Source: Sphyrna mokarran (taxonomy: Eukaryota). From it: a stretch of DNA of 64,000 nucleotides. Within the stretch, counting starts at the first letter, position 1, and each line of letters starts with the position of its first letter. The notes under the pieces were generated by a model. The model did not search any database. It was not told the DNA's origin and was given only the letters and a program-made list of their open reading frames with translations. The translations under genes were made by a program, and so were the position numbers. Shown one piece after another: positions 1 through 11,479 of this stretch. The stretch spans positions 82,894,001 through 82,958,000 of the forward strand of contig JAGIQG010000008.1 of NCBI GenBank assembly GCA_024679065.1, read 5' to 3'.

Positions 1-2671
1 TAAAGGGGATTTGATGTTAGTTGGCATAGCTTTTGTTAAGGCAGTGGAAAATCTGGGTCTGAAAGTACAGTCTGTAAGCAAAGCAATTCCTTAAACAGGG
101 TGGGAAAAGACACAAAAGAGATAAGATAGACTGAGGAAGAACAAAGTTGCAGAATCTCAAACACAGAAACAGACAGTTTGCAGCCATACTGCAGCAGCAA
201 GTACTGGAAGCCAATTAACAGTTGACTGTTAACCACAAATAACACGGACAGCTGGAAGGAGAAGCTACAAATAAAAAGACAGGATTGAGCAAAGTGTTTC
301 TTGGAGAATTTTAACATCGGCCAGACATACATTTCACAGACAGCTTGAGGGATAAACAAATATCATGATCCTGGACCCAGGATATCTGCAGGGAACACTG
401 CTTTTCAATACAAGATGAAGACAGACCCATATTAGACTTGTGTTCTGATAGATTGAATGAAACTGATCAAAGAGATAAAATAAATCTAATAACTTTGCTC
501 ACCCTACAAATAAAAAATTATCCAATAATAAATAAGTGCTTGAAACATACATAAATACTGGTTGGAGAAATTTAATTAGAATGCTCATGGCCTTTTAGCT
601 GATGTATAAATTACCACAGAAATCTGTAGGGAGTAAACAAGCTAGGTTATCAGAAATAGTATCCATGCTATAAAACGCAGTCTTATTTCATTTAAGCTCC
701 TTTATACTGTCAATGTAAAGAAACGTAGCTTCACAATAAAATAATATAATCATTGTTTTTTAGGTTAACTGTCTGGGTGTAGTTAGCCTCAACATTAAAA
801 TCAATTCTCCACTTACAATTGCCACTCTTGTCATTGGAATCCAGTGCAATTTATGACAAAAGAAAAACCTTGCTCTTTGTCTATGCTCAACACTGATTTG
901 CTAATCAAAATGAAAGGTCAATAAAGAATGAGCCATATTTAATACTCTATTAACCAAAAAGTACATTGAAAGAAGTACAATACCTGCTGTCAATGGATGT
1001 CTGTAGCGTCAATTGGTCCTGAAGCTCTAATCTATATAGTACACACTGAATAACAGACAGCTGCGGTGGTACTAAACATTAGATGACAGGGATCTGCTAT
1101 TTTGTTATGAACAGAATAACAATATAAACTGGGAATGTGTCACATACTTGGAACAAAAAAAAGGACCATATTACTCACAGGGGGAAGGATAGCAAAAAGG
1201 CAGAAATATGAGAAGACAGTAACACAAAGGTTCCAGAAGATGTCATGAACTGTAAGATGTGTATGGATTCATACTCTGTGCTTTTTTTTGAAGTTGTCCA
1301 CAGATATGCATGTCATTTTGTGAATGTCCATAGTGAAGGAAAGAGACTATACTGATTCCATGAGCAGAATTACATTGCCAAAAGACCTATTTTATCCTAT
1401 TTATCTTTATTGAACTGAAGTATTACAGAGAAGGAATTCCACCTTCTGGTTAAGGAACCTTGGTAATCTGGCCTATAAAGCCTAGGCAATTCACTTCTAT
1501 CAGTACTTATATTTAATTCTGTTTGGTCTTAATTGAATTCTATTAGTCATACATTTGAAAAAGGGTATTCTTAGTACTGTTATCTCACTGGCAGATATGC
1601 TCCAAATATGGGTATCATTATAAAATATATACATAGATACGTCACTAAAGATACATATATTCCTGTATATAGAGAAGAATGATTCTATATACATTTGGGA
1701 TATATATTGGGTTCTACATATTTTAGACACAATATAGAAATCAACTAGATTAAAGGATGTTGTGACAGTGGTTCTCTGTCAGGTCTGCAAATCTTGTGAT
1801 CAGCAAGAACTTAGATTTACACACTGTTTTCTTACATCCACAAAATGTTCAAAAGCATTTTGCAATTGTGTGTTTAGAAGTGCAATCCTGGTTGTCATAT
1901 AGGCAATATAGCCATATGACATATTTTCTTATCTTAAAATTTGTAAGTTAGTTAGAAGACAGATTTCAGGAACTATATCAAATGAGGAGAAACTTAATTC
2001 TGACCTGTGTGATTATGACAGATATGTTCCACTGACATCTTGGCAAGTTTGAACTGAATTAAACAGGGAACTAGGAGGTGAAGACCAATTTTCTCACTTA
2101 GTTCTCCTAGTTGCCTTTGATCTGTAAATACATAGTGATAAAAACACAATACCCAAACAACCCATTTCACTATCTTGCATGGTCAGATGCACCAGTCTTA
2201 CTGCAAACATTGGGCCCGATACTTTGATCTCATTCACAGTTAGAATTCTCCCGTCTTGCTGCAGTGAACGGAGATGTGACTGAGTGCCAAATTCTGTCTT
2301 CGCTGGCTGGTGATGGGCTGAACAGCTGGAGAATTTTGGCTATTGTATCAGATAGGTTGGCCAATGAAAAGAACTACCTGGGTTTTAAAAGGCTGTAACT
2401 TGGAGGAGGAAAGATAGATGGCTTTAAGGAGTTTTTCCTGTTGTAAGGTCCTGAGAATGAATGAATTAGAAAATGAAATAACGTGATGTATATTTGTTTG
2501 AAAATAGTGAAAATTCAGAAATGAGGGGGGAGAATACAGGATAGCATATTGTAGTTCATATGCAGTAAGGGCAGGGATTATGATTTAAGCAGTATCAAAT
2601 GGCCAGGAAACATTCAGTCAGTAGTGAAGGAGTGGCATTCGCCATTCACTATGCTGGCAATTGTTTCAACG

Positions 2672-3087
2672 TGGAATCTCTACAGTACAGAAGGAGGCCA
2701 TTTAAAAGGTAATTTATTAGTCGCAAGTAAGATTCACATTAATATTGCAACAAAGTAACTGTGAAATTCCCTTAGTTGTCACATTCTGGCGCACAATTTA
2801 GCCCATAGAGCCTGCATGGACAACATTCCCACCCAGGCTCCATTCACATAACTCCATGCATTCACCCTGCCAATCCCCCTGACACCAAGAAGCAATTTAG
2901 TATGGCCAATCAACAAAACACGCACATCTTTGGAGTGTGGAAGAAAATAGGAGCACCCGGAGGAAACTCATGCAGAAACAAGGAGAATGTGCAAAGTCCA
3001 CACAGAAAGTGATCAAGGCCGAAATTGAAAACAGGTCCCTGGCAATGTGCGGCTGCAGTGCTGATTACTGTGTCAACCACGCTGCCC
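2672..3087 (-). mobile_element. HE1-like tRNA-derived shark SINE, with a second SINE 3' tail inserted at ~2705-2800
   Basis: Core tggagtgtgg.aagaaaat.ggagcacccggaggaaactcatgcaga; tRNA-like head ending gctgccc. Confidence 0.8.
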
Positions 3088-3091
3088 GTTT

Positions 3092-3322
3092 ATTACATCT
3101 CGGTAAGTTATAATGACGTCTTCATAGTTTGAAGTAACTAAAAGCCTTTATTAACTATTTACAAAGATATAGTAAAGGTACAAACTGGGAGCTGTCTCCA
3201 TGGTTGAATGTGCAATCACACTGACTCCTAGGTGTGGGTCATGTGTTCTCTTACATCACCGTATGGATGATACTATACTCAGCCCCACATTAACACTCTA
3301 TGCACCAGACCCTTGTACTACA
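3092..3322 (-). repeat. 3' LTR of Gypsy element
   Basis: Homologous to 7812-8064; begins TGTAGT on the minus strand directly after the polypurine tract GAAGAGAGG (3323-3331). Confidence 0.85.
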
Positions 3323-5057
3323 CCTCTCTTCAAAGTCTTTATCCAATGTATTTAAAGCAATACTAGTTTCTTTTTGTGTCCTACATTGTTATTGTTAGTC
3401 TCTATCAATGTTGCTACTCTATCACTACCCTGTCTACACCTTCACGTCCTTGAATTCAAAGATTCAGGTGCTCTGAAGACCTTATAATGCTTGCAAATCT
3501 CATTGCTCTATTGTTGGAGAAATGGTAGGCTCTGTCACTGCTGGTTCTTTCTGTAGGTATGGAGGTTGTTCTGACATCTGGCTATGTTCCATGATATATT
3601 TGTTGCAAAGTTGGGATTGGCAGTATGAAGATGAGAAGAAAATTTCTCTTGTTTCTCCTGACTATGCCCTCTGCAGACCTAACTAGGCAAGAGTGAGAAT
3701 GATCCTCGTCCTTTCTAATGATGATACCTTCTCTCTTAAGGAATTTAATCCAGATCTTGTAAGCTTTCTGTAGTTGTGCAAGCGACTGGTGTGGTATCTT
3801 CTATTGTGCATAGAAGCTTGCTTGTACAACAGCTCTCTTGCTTGGATGTCCTGGTAATCCTTAGTGACCAACCCTGATACAATCTTTATTATATGGACTC
3901 CTCTTTCAGCTTCGCATTTGACTGTGGTTATCTTGGGGACTGGTACGTTGTTAAAGCCGGGTGTGGTGCTGAAGTCTATGAAATATTCATTTGAATATTG
4001 TGGGTTTTTAATCAGATACAATCTTGTCCACAATGCCTTGGCACTTGGATGTCTTTCAATATCTTTACAATAGGCATATATAGTTGTCTCACCTCAATCC
4101 ATTTGGAGAAATAGTCCACTATTATAAAGGAATGATTTGCTGTTGATTGTGAACAGTTCAACTCTAAGCCTCTTAAATGGCTTGGTTGTGAATCGTGTGG
4201 GAATGAAATGCTCTCTTTTGTTCTGCTTGCATAGTGCAGACACCTGGAAATGGTGTCTTCAATCACCTTAGAAATAACTGGCTGGGTTGTGCCTGCACTC
4301 TGCACTTGATGCCATGGTGACTCTGCTGAAATTTTTGAAGGATCTCTGGCCACTGAGAGGCTGGGATGATCAGCCATTCATTGTAGACTTAGGAGTCAGC
4401 TATAATCTTGAAAGTGTTTCTTTTGTTTGAACCTGGTTTTCATAGTCCCTCCATTTGGTTTGTGCTAAGGCTATCCTCGTTGGCATTATCTGCGGATGTG
4501 GTACATCCTCATTGCGTATTTTCTCTTGGCATGTCTATTGGATTTCATTGTGGTTGTTGGCAAGTGTCTCGATGTCATATTGGGAGTATGCTTCCAATTG
4601 TTCAATCAGATGGTACGGAAGCTCTCTGCACGTTTTCCGGTTTTTATCTCCTCACAGTCGCAGGTGAAACCTTTGGATTCTGGGGAGCAATTTTGCTAGC
4701 TCTTTCTTGTCCAATAAGGGAATTAGTGGTTTATAGTCTGTTTGATTGTGACCTTGAGATCAGTGACATAGCCTGAAAACTCTTGCATATCCATGTGACA
4801 GTGAGACCTTCCTTTTCTATGAAAGCATATCTTGTCTGACAGCCCACTAGCTAGATGGGTGACTTCTATCCAGCTATTTTTGGAATAGGACCGTTCGATG
4901 CCTGTGGATGTAGCAGCCACTGCTTTGGTGATAGATGGGACTTGGTCACAGTGGGCTAGAAATCCTGTGGAAAACAGCATTACCTTGAAGTGAGTGAAAG
5001 TTTGTCCTTGATATGAATTCGAGCACCATGGCGTTTTCTAAAATAGATTCCTCAAGG

Positions 5058-5190
5058 TAAAAGCAAAATACAAGGATGTTGGAAATCTGAAATAAAACCA
5101 GCAAATGCTGGGTAAACTTAAAAGGTCTGACATCCATAGAGAGAAAAATAGAATTAAAATTTTGAATCTGCATGACTTCTGTTCACTAGA
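5058..5190. mobile_element. Penelope-type terminal-repeat fragment inserted into the Gypsy pol
   Basis: aaaagcaaaatac..ggatg.tggaaatctgaaataaaac.agcaaatgctgg...ggtctgacatcc.tagagagaaa, the same family as 8805-8963, 21445-21545 and 26465-26720. Confidence 0.55.
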
Positions 5191-7802
5191 AGAACAGGAA
5201 TATATGGAAGGTCATTTTCTAGATTCCTCAAGTGTTCTGTGATCTGCAGAATTAAATAGAACTTCTTACAAATGGTTCACTGTCCCCAGAAATTGCTTGA
5301 GGTATGGAATTGATGGTGGGGTTGGGAACTTGCCGATGAGCTGACGAGTCTGCTGTGATGCCTTTATTGCTGACACTGTGACCCAGGAATAAAACAGATG
5401 TTTTGAAAGACTTGTTTTTATCATTCAGTACTAGCCCTGCTTCCTGTAGATGTTCTCAGACTGCTGAGAGTTTTGTAATGTTCATCCATTGTTCCACTCT
5501 GAATCAATATCTCGTCCAAGTGACAAATGACCCCCCTGGAGATTCTGCATAATGGCCAACACTGTTCATTGGAATATTTCTGCTGCTATGATTCAACACA
5601 GCAGATGATTAAAACAGAATCCATTGAAGGGGTTAATAAATGCTGTTAGCAGTCTGGATTCTTTGTCAAGAGGGATTTGCCAAAACTACTATTTGCATTC
5701 AGTTTCAAAAATATCGTGCTCTTTGAGAGTTTAGTCAACCTTTTGTCCACTGAGGACAAAGGAAGTGCTTTTCTAGCTATAGCTTTATGAGCTGTATCAG
5801 GTAAACACAGATACAGATAGACCTGTTTGATTTTAGGACTGAGACCATCCCAGAACATTTGGTTGTGCAACTAGGGACCTGCTTCATGAGTGAATGAGGG
5901 ATCTCAAATGATGCGAAGAGGCAGTCCTGTGAAGAGTTTTGGAAAATCATATTTGTACTTACTGGCTGACCTCGTCAACCACCTGTAACAGATTAAGTTC
6001 AACACACGCTTTACGGATTAATAATGAACAGTACTACTATTAGATCAGAAAGAGTGTCTCATGGATTGTTTTATTCTTGTTTCACAGCATCACCTGCAGG
6101 ATGCCTTTTCACCAGGAGTTTTAAGTCTCCTGCCCCATATAGGGGTGTCATGCGCAGTGTCAGCCACTGAGATGCTGGTCATGGTTCTTCTTTTCAGCAG
6201 GACTGTTACATTGGCTCCTGTGTCTGATTTAAAATTTGTTAAAAGGCCATTGACTAAAATGTCCACATTCCAAAATGAGAAACCAAGATCTTGGAAATCA
6301 CCCAAGAAGCATGGCAGTACCTTTTCCAAGCTTAAGGACTTTAGGCCATTTATGAATTTCATGGTTTTTGCCCTGCACAATTTGCTGTTGTGTCCAATTC
6401 TGTTACAGTGAAAGTATCGGGCTGAAATTTCAGGATATTGATTTCTCCAGTAGGAGTGTTTGCTAAGCAGTGCTGGCATGCTCGCTCTGCAGACAAGTTT
6501 GGGTGCTGCTTTCTTTGTTTTAAAGTGCTCTTATGTCTTTGTTGTTTAACAAGTTGGACTATGGATTTGGCATCTGCATCATGATTTATATTCTCCCCTT
6601 AAAATGGTCCTGTGCAGCTCACAGAGTTCTGACAATCTAACTAAGTGTATTCCTTTGCTTGCAGGAGTTCAGACAATGCAACATCCACTATTCTTATCAC
6701 TACTCTGTCTCTGATGAAGTCCTATCTTAAATCTTCGTACTTACAACATTCTGCCATCATTCTGGACAGATCATTAATGGATGAATTGATAGATTCTCCT
6801 GTTACTTAGACTCTCTTATTAAAGCTCTTTTGAGTATTCTATTGCTTATTAGATTAAAATAAATGTTAAATGGTTTTATGACCTTTGAATTTTGCGGATC
6901 ATTCATTAATCCCCTGAATTGCGATGATGTTGTCTGCAATCAGGCCTACTGAATGAAGCAGCATGTTCACCTTTTCTTTTCCTGTCATTTTATTTAAACC
7001 TGAAGTGGTGCTGTATCGTAAGAATCTTTACCTTCAATGTTCCTAATTTTGTGATTGATTTGGGCCTTGGATTAGTTTGAATTGACTTGGATGTGTGGGC
7101 TTCTAGTTCACGTTTGAAAGTTTTGAAGTGTATGCTCTGCTTTCAGAGCTATCTGAATTCCAAGATGACACAGCCATTCACATGGATACAAAGGAGCCTC
7201 CTCAGGCTTGCTGGTTTTGGAAGGTTCTGCAAAAATGGTGGTCATGCTCAGTTTGAAAAAAAATTAACAGGGGCCACCTGCGGTCTTCGCTTGTTCAGCA
7301 GTTTACTTTTTTGACTTGTGAGTCCACCAAATTCTAACTTCTGCTCGCTTTTGTAATGGGTTGAACTGTTCCAGTGTTCCAAAAACATTTCATTAACACT
7401 TCTTTTTATTCCCATTTCAGAGTGAGCTCAGGCACTATGCTGACTCAGGGATCAGATTATTTGCAACAGTTCTTCTTTAAAATTGTACTTCTGACTCTAA
7501 GTTATTTAAATACTTCACAGGCCTTTTTGCAGCTAGGAATTTGGAAGGAATTAGTTCACCCTGTGGACTCTGCACTTTGGAATTTGAAGGTGGATTTTCC
7601 AAGGAGTCTTCTGCTGCAGTGAGGAATTTTACATATTTGCCTTCAGCTTACAAGTCTCTCTTTGAAAAATATTCCTGGTGTTTTTTTTCTCTCGGTATCT
7701 GTGATGCTGGAGTTCCAAGAAGCTTCTTGAATTTTTCCTCAGTTTTCCAGCATTTGACTTGTCTGTGCATCTTAGCAAGGTCTTAGGTCTTTTCCTCACA
7801 AG

Positions 7803-7811
7803 CTGCTACCA
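7803..7811 (-). promoter_or_regulatory. Primer-binding site (TGGTAGCAG, complementary to the initiator tRNA-Met 3' end)
   Basis: Plus-strand ctgctacca lies immediately inside the 5' LTR. Confidence 0.7.
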
Positions 7812-8064
7812 TACCACCTTGGTGGGTTGTGTTGAAGTCTTTGTACTCTGAAGTAATTTTGCTTCATTAACTACTCGAACTATTTACAAAGATATGGTAA
7901 AGGATACAAGTTATAAGCTGTCTTTAGACTTGTGTCTGCATGCAGCTATGTCCAATGCCACACTGACTTCAAGGTGTGGGTCATGTGTTCACTTATATTA
8001 CTGTATAGGTGGTACTATACTTAGTCCTACAATAACCCTAAATGAGCTAGACCCTTAAATTACA
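7812..8064 (-). repeat. 5' LTR of Gypsy element
   Basis: Shares aactatttacaaagatat.gtaaagg and ggtgtgggtcatgtgttc.ctta..t..c.gtat.g.tg.tactatact.ag..c.ac with 3092-3322. Begins TGTA on the minus strand and is followed by the PBS. Confidence 0.85.
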
Positions 8065-8804
8065 GCAGCCTAGAAAACATTTGAGAGCTTTTCAGATATA
8101 CACTCTAATCTGGCTTCTAAACTGTCATAGATTGCAGAGTTCAGGAAGGCCAATCACTAACGCTTCCTCAAGAGAATTAAGGATGAGCAATAGATGCTGA
8201 TCTTGCCAGTAGCACCTACATTCTATTTTTAAAAATGCAACTCTCTATAGCACACCTTCCAGCAGGAAAAGGAAAGTTAGTCTCTTCAAACAATTAGAAG
8301 AATCATTACTGGGATATTAATCTGGAATTGTACCACCTCTACCAGAGTGGGTGAGGTATGGACAATGGGAAGATCTATAGACCTCAGGTGGGATTTCCCG
8401 GTCTTCGGTCGAGTGAGGCCGTAAAATTCCACCCATAAAATCTAAAGAAGTAATTATAAAGTTGTAAATATAAAGTAAATTTGGATCATATACAAAAATC
8501 AAAATGAAGACTGGGAAAGAAGGAAAGGACTATTGATAAAAGAGAAACAGAAGTTAAAAAAAAGCTCCAAAACTAATCAACTCCAGCAGGAATGCGACTC
8601 CATGCTTATAAAATTAAATTCCCAGGTCCAGAGGATTTGCTTGCCAGTAATTGACAGTCTGTGGAGGAACAGGGTAACTTGGTCCAAAGTCTGGATTTAA
8701 GCTTTTGAACACCATCTAATTCACTGTTACCCTCACTATTCTTACTAATGTAAAACCTAGGCCTATATATGCTGGAACAAAACTAAAAAAAGTGAAATTA
8801 AACC

Positions 8805-8963
8805 GAAAATGCTGGAAACATATTAGGATAGGTAGCACCTGTGGAAATAGAAACACTTCAGGTTGAGTGGTTCTGATCAAAGACCATCTGCTCAAATTGT
8901 TTAGATCATCTTTGTCTTTCCAGAGTCGTTTCCTGACCTACTGAATGTTTCCAGCATTTTCTA
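8805..8963. mobile_element. Palindromic Penelope-derived short element with a degenerate hammerhead core
   Basis: Inverted arms gaaaatgctggaaaca... and ...tgtttccagcattttc; central gttctgatcaaagacc. Confidence 0.6.
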
Positions 8964-9308
8964 CTTCAATTACTGCATATACTTTGCTTCAATGAACTCT
9001 CACATATTCAATGTAGCCCTATGTACTAGCCTTAACAAAACAGGATTCAGAACAATGGCAGGAGTAGAAAATAAGAAACCAAGGTGATCAATTCCTTTTG
9101 GAATGGCTTAGATTTCAAAAAACGATTGAAGTGTTTGCCAGCACTTTTACTCCTTGTGAACAGGAAAATGGAAGCCTCTTTTATCAGCTTTTAACCCCCT
9201 TGTCTGCTTGTTTGGTTGGAGATACTTAATTAGCTCCTGTGATAACCTGTCAGATGATTGGTGGCCCTCTTAAGAGACTCTATCTAGAAGAATTGGATGC
9301 CAAATATT

Positions 9309-9645
9309 AAGTTTAAGTTTACTTATTAGTGTCACAAGTAAGCTTACATTAACACAGTAGTGAAGTTACTGTGAAAATTCCCTAGTCGTTGCACTCTGCT
9401 ATCTGTTTGGGTACACTAAGGGAGAATTTAATACCTAACCAGCACATTTTTTGGACTGTGGGAATAAACCTGGGCACCCAGAGGAAACCCATGCAGACAT
9501 AGTGATTTCTAATAGACTCTGCACAGACAGTGACCCAAACTGCTTTCCCTGCTATGGAAATCAAATGGGTGACATGTAGACAATCGGGAATTAAAACCCG
9601 GATCCCTGGCGCTGTGAGGCAGCAGTGCTAACCACTGTGCTGCCC
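9309..9645 (-). mobile_element. HE1-like SINE with (aagttt)n-type tail
   Basis: Head ...gcagcagtgctaaccactgtgctgccc, core ggaaacccatgcagac, tail aagtttaagtttacttattagtgtcacaag. Confidence 0.85.
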
Positions 9646-10387
9646 TGTATTACTTTATTCCTTATACAGGGACAGTGTCATTCTACTTTGTTCAAGAAGT
9701 GGGTACAATATTTCAAAGTTTTTTTTTAACTTACATTGATTATCACTGAGGATAAGAAAGACAGAGAGTTTGCTCTGAGCGAGAAACTTTAATATTCATC
9801 ACCATAACTAACTTGGTAATCCCATCATGGACAGAGCTAGTCATGCCCTGAAAGACAGAGCTGCCTGACTAGGCTTGTGGCAGCTACTGAGAGCACCAAC
9901 ATGAGCATGATCAACTTTAACCTATCAGCCAGCTGCATCTGTCTATGACAGCACTGATTGGAACAACCACTACACACACTTGTGGAAGCTATGTTCCACA
10001 TGTAGCACTGTTGTCATGCTAAATGGAATAGATTAAGAATATATCCAACATGCCTGAAATGACGTGAACCATCAGCAGCAGAATTCCACATCACTTCACT
10101 CAATAATTACTTGGGGGTCCATCATTTTGGAGATGAGATAACAGGAACAGTTTTTACACTGAAATTTATAATGATCTGGAATATACTGGCTACAAGTTGA
10201 TGAAAGCTGATATATAGTGACTTTCATAAAGGAATCGGGTAACTACTTGAATGGGAGAACACATGGAAGAACAGGTGAATGGGGAAAAGTGGACAGGTCT
10301 TTCAAATGCCAACACAAGTACGAGGGATTGAATGGCTTCCATCAGCAAAGATTTTATGATATCCCTTATTTCTCTATAACAATGACC

Positions 10388-10759
10388 CAGAGTCTGTTAG
10401 AAATTCCCATGTCTGCGTGGGTTTCCTCCGGGTGCTCAGGTTTATTCCTACAGTCCAAAAGATGTGCTGGTTAGGTATTAAATTCTCCCTCAGTGCACCA
10501 GAGTAGACCCTGGAGTGTGCGACTAGGGGATTTCCACAGTAGCTTCATTACAGTGTTAATGTAAGCCTATTTGTGACACCAGTAAGTAAACTTAAACTTA
10601 ATATTTGGCATCTGATTCTTCTAGATAGAGTCCCTTAACGGGCCACCAATCATCTGACAGGTTACCACAGGAGCTAATTAAGTGTCTTCAATCAAACAAG
10701 CAGACAAGGGGGTTAAAAGCTGATAAAAGGTTCCATTTTCTGTTCAAAAGGAGTTAAAG
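10388..10759 (+). repeat. Inverted duplicate of 9144-9521 (SINE 3' half plus flanking non-SINE DNA)
   Basis: Reverse complement aligns over ~370 bp, including caccaatcatctgacaggtt and aaacaagcagacaagggggttaaaagctgataaaag. Confidence 0.9.
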
Positions 10760-11305
10760 AAAAGGAAAAGCTGTGCCATATGCAATCCTGCCACATCCAG
10801 ATGTGAAATTATGTTGGTTAATTAAACTACTAGCAAGTCAAAGAGTTTCAGTAAATATCCTCACCCTCAACATTGGCAGAGCTTATATGTGATACAGGCT
10901 GAATTGCTCACAATCATCCTCAGCCAATATTACAAATTCTTCCCAGTCTCATTCGAAGTCACCACTATAACTAATCTCAGTCAATTTAATTAATTCAGAT
11001 GGCATCAAGAAATAGCTAAGTGCACTGGACTCAACAAGGGCTACTAGGTCTGACAATATCCCACTGTAGAGCTCATGAATTATCCTTAACAAAAATGTAT
11101 CTATGTAGGTCTTAAAAACCTGCAGAGTCTTAGGGCAGAGCCGGTTCCAGATTTCTAAGATCCTTTAAATGGAAAAATTGCTTTTGATTTTCCTCCTTAA
11201 TGGATTCTCTCTAATTTAAGGATTATGTCCCCCTGTGCTTCATCTTACATCAGAAAGAATAGTTTGCTTTAATATTTTAAATACCTACAGCTATGTAATT
11301 AAGAA

Positions 11306-11479
11306 GTGATGTGGAGATGCCAGCGTTAGACTGAGATGGGCACGGTAAGAAATCTCACAACACCAAGTTAAAGTCAAACAGGTTTATTTTGGTTACTCAC
11401 CTGATGAAGGAGCAGTACTGTGAAAGCTCATGATACCAAATAAACCTGTTGAACTTTAACGTGATGTTGTGAAACTTCC
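11306..11479 (+). mobile_element. Penelope-derived palindromic element containing a minimal hammerhead-like motif
   Basis: Arms cacaacaccaagttaaagtcaaacaggtttatt / aataaacctgttgaactttaacgtgatgttgtg; centre tcac-CTGATGA-aggagcagtactgt-GAAA-gc-TC-atga. Confidence 0.7.

Larger units (their letters stand above)
3092..8064 (-). mobile_element. Full-length but decayed Ty3/Gypsy LTR retrotransposon
   Basis: Two related direct repeats (LTRs) flank ~4.5 kb of broken gag-pol in Gypsy order: zinc-knuckle-like HCNRIGHNSKLC and protease FKSDTGANVTVL (ORF 6090-6479), RT remnant (LTKLSKSTIFLKLNANSSF, 5646-5870), RNase H region (~4720-5000), integrase FIIVDYFSKWIEV (4012-4377). Many stops and frameshifts. 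Confidence 0.9.
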
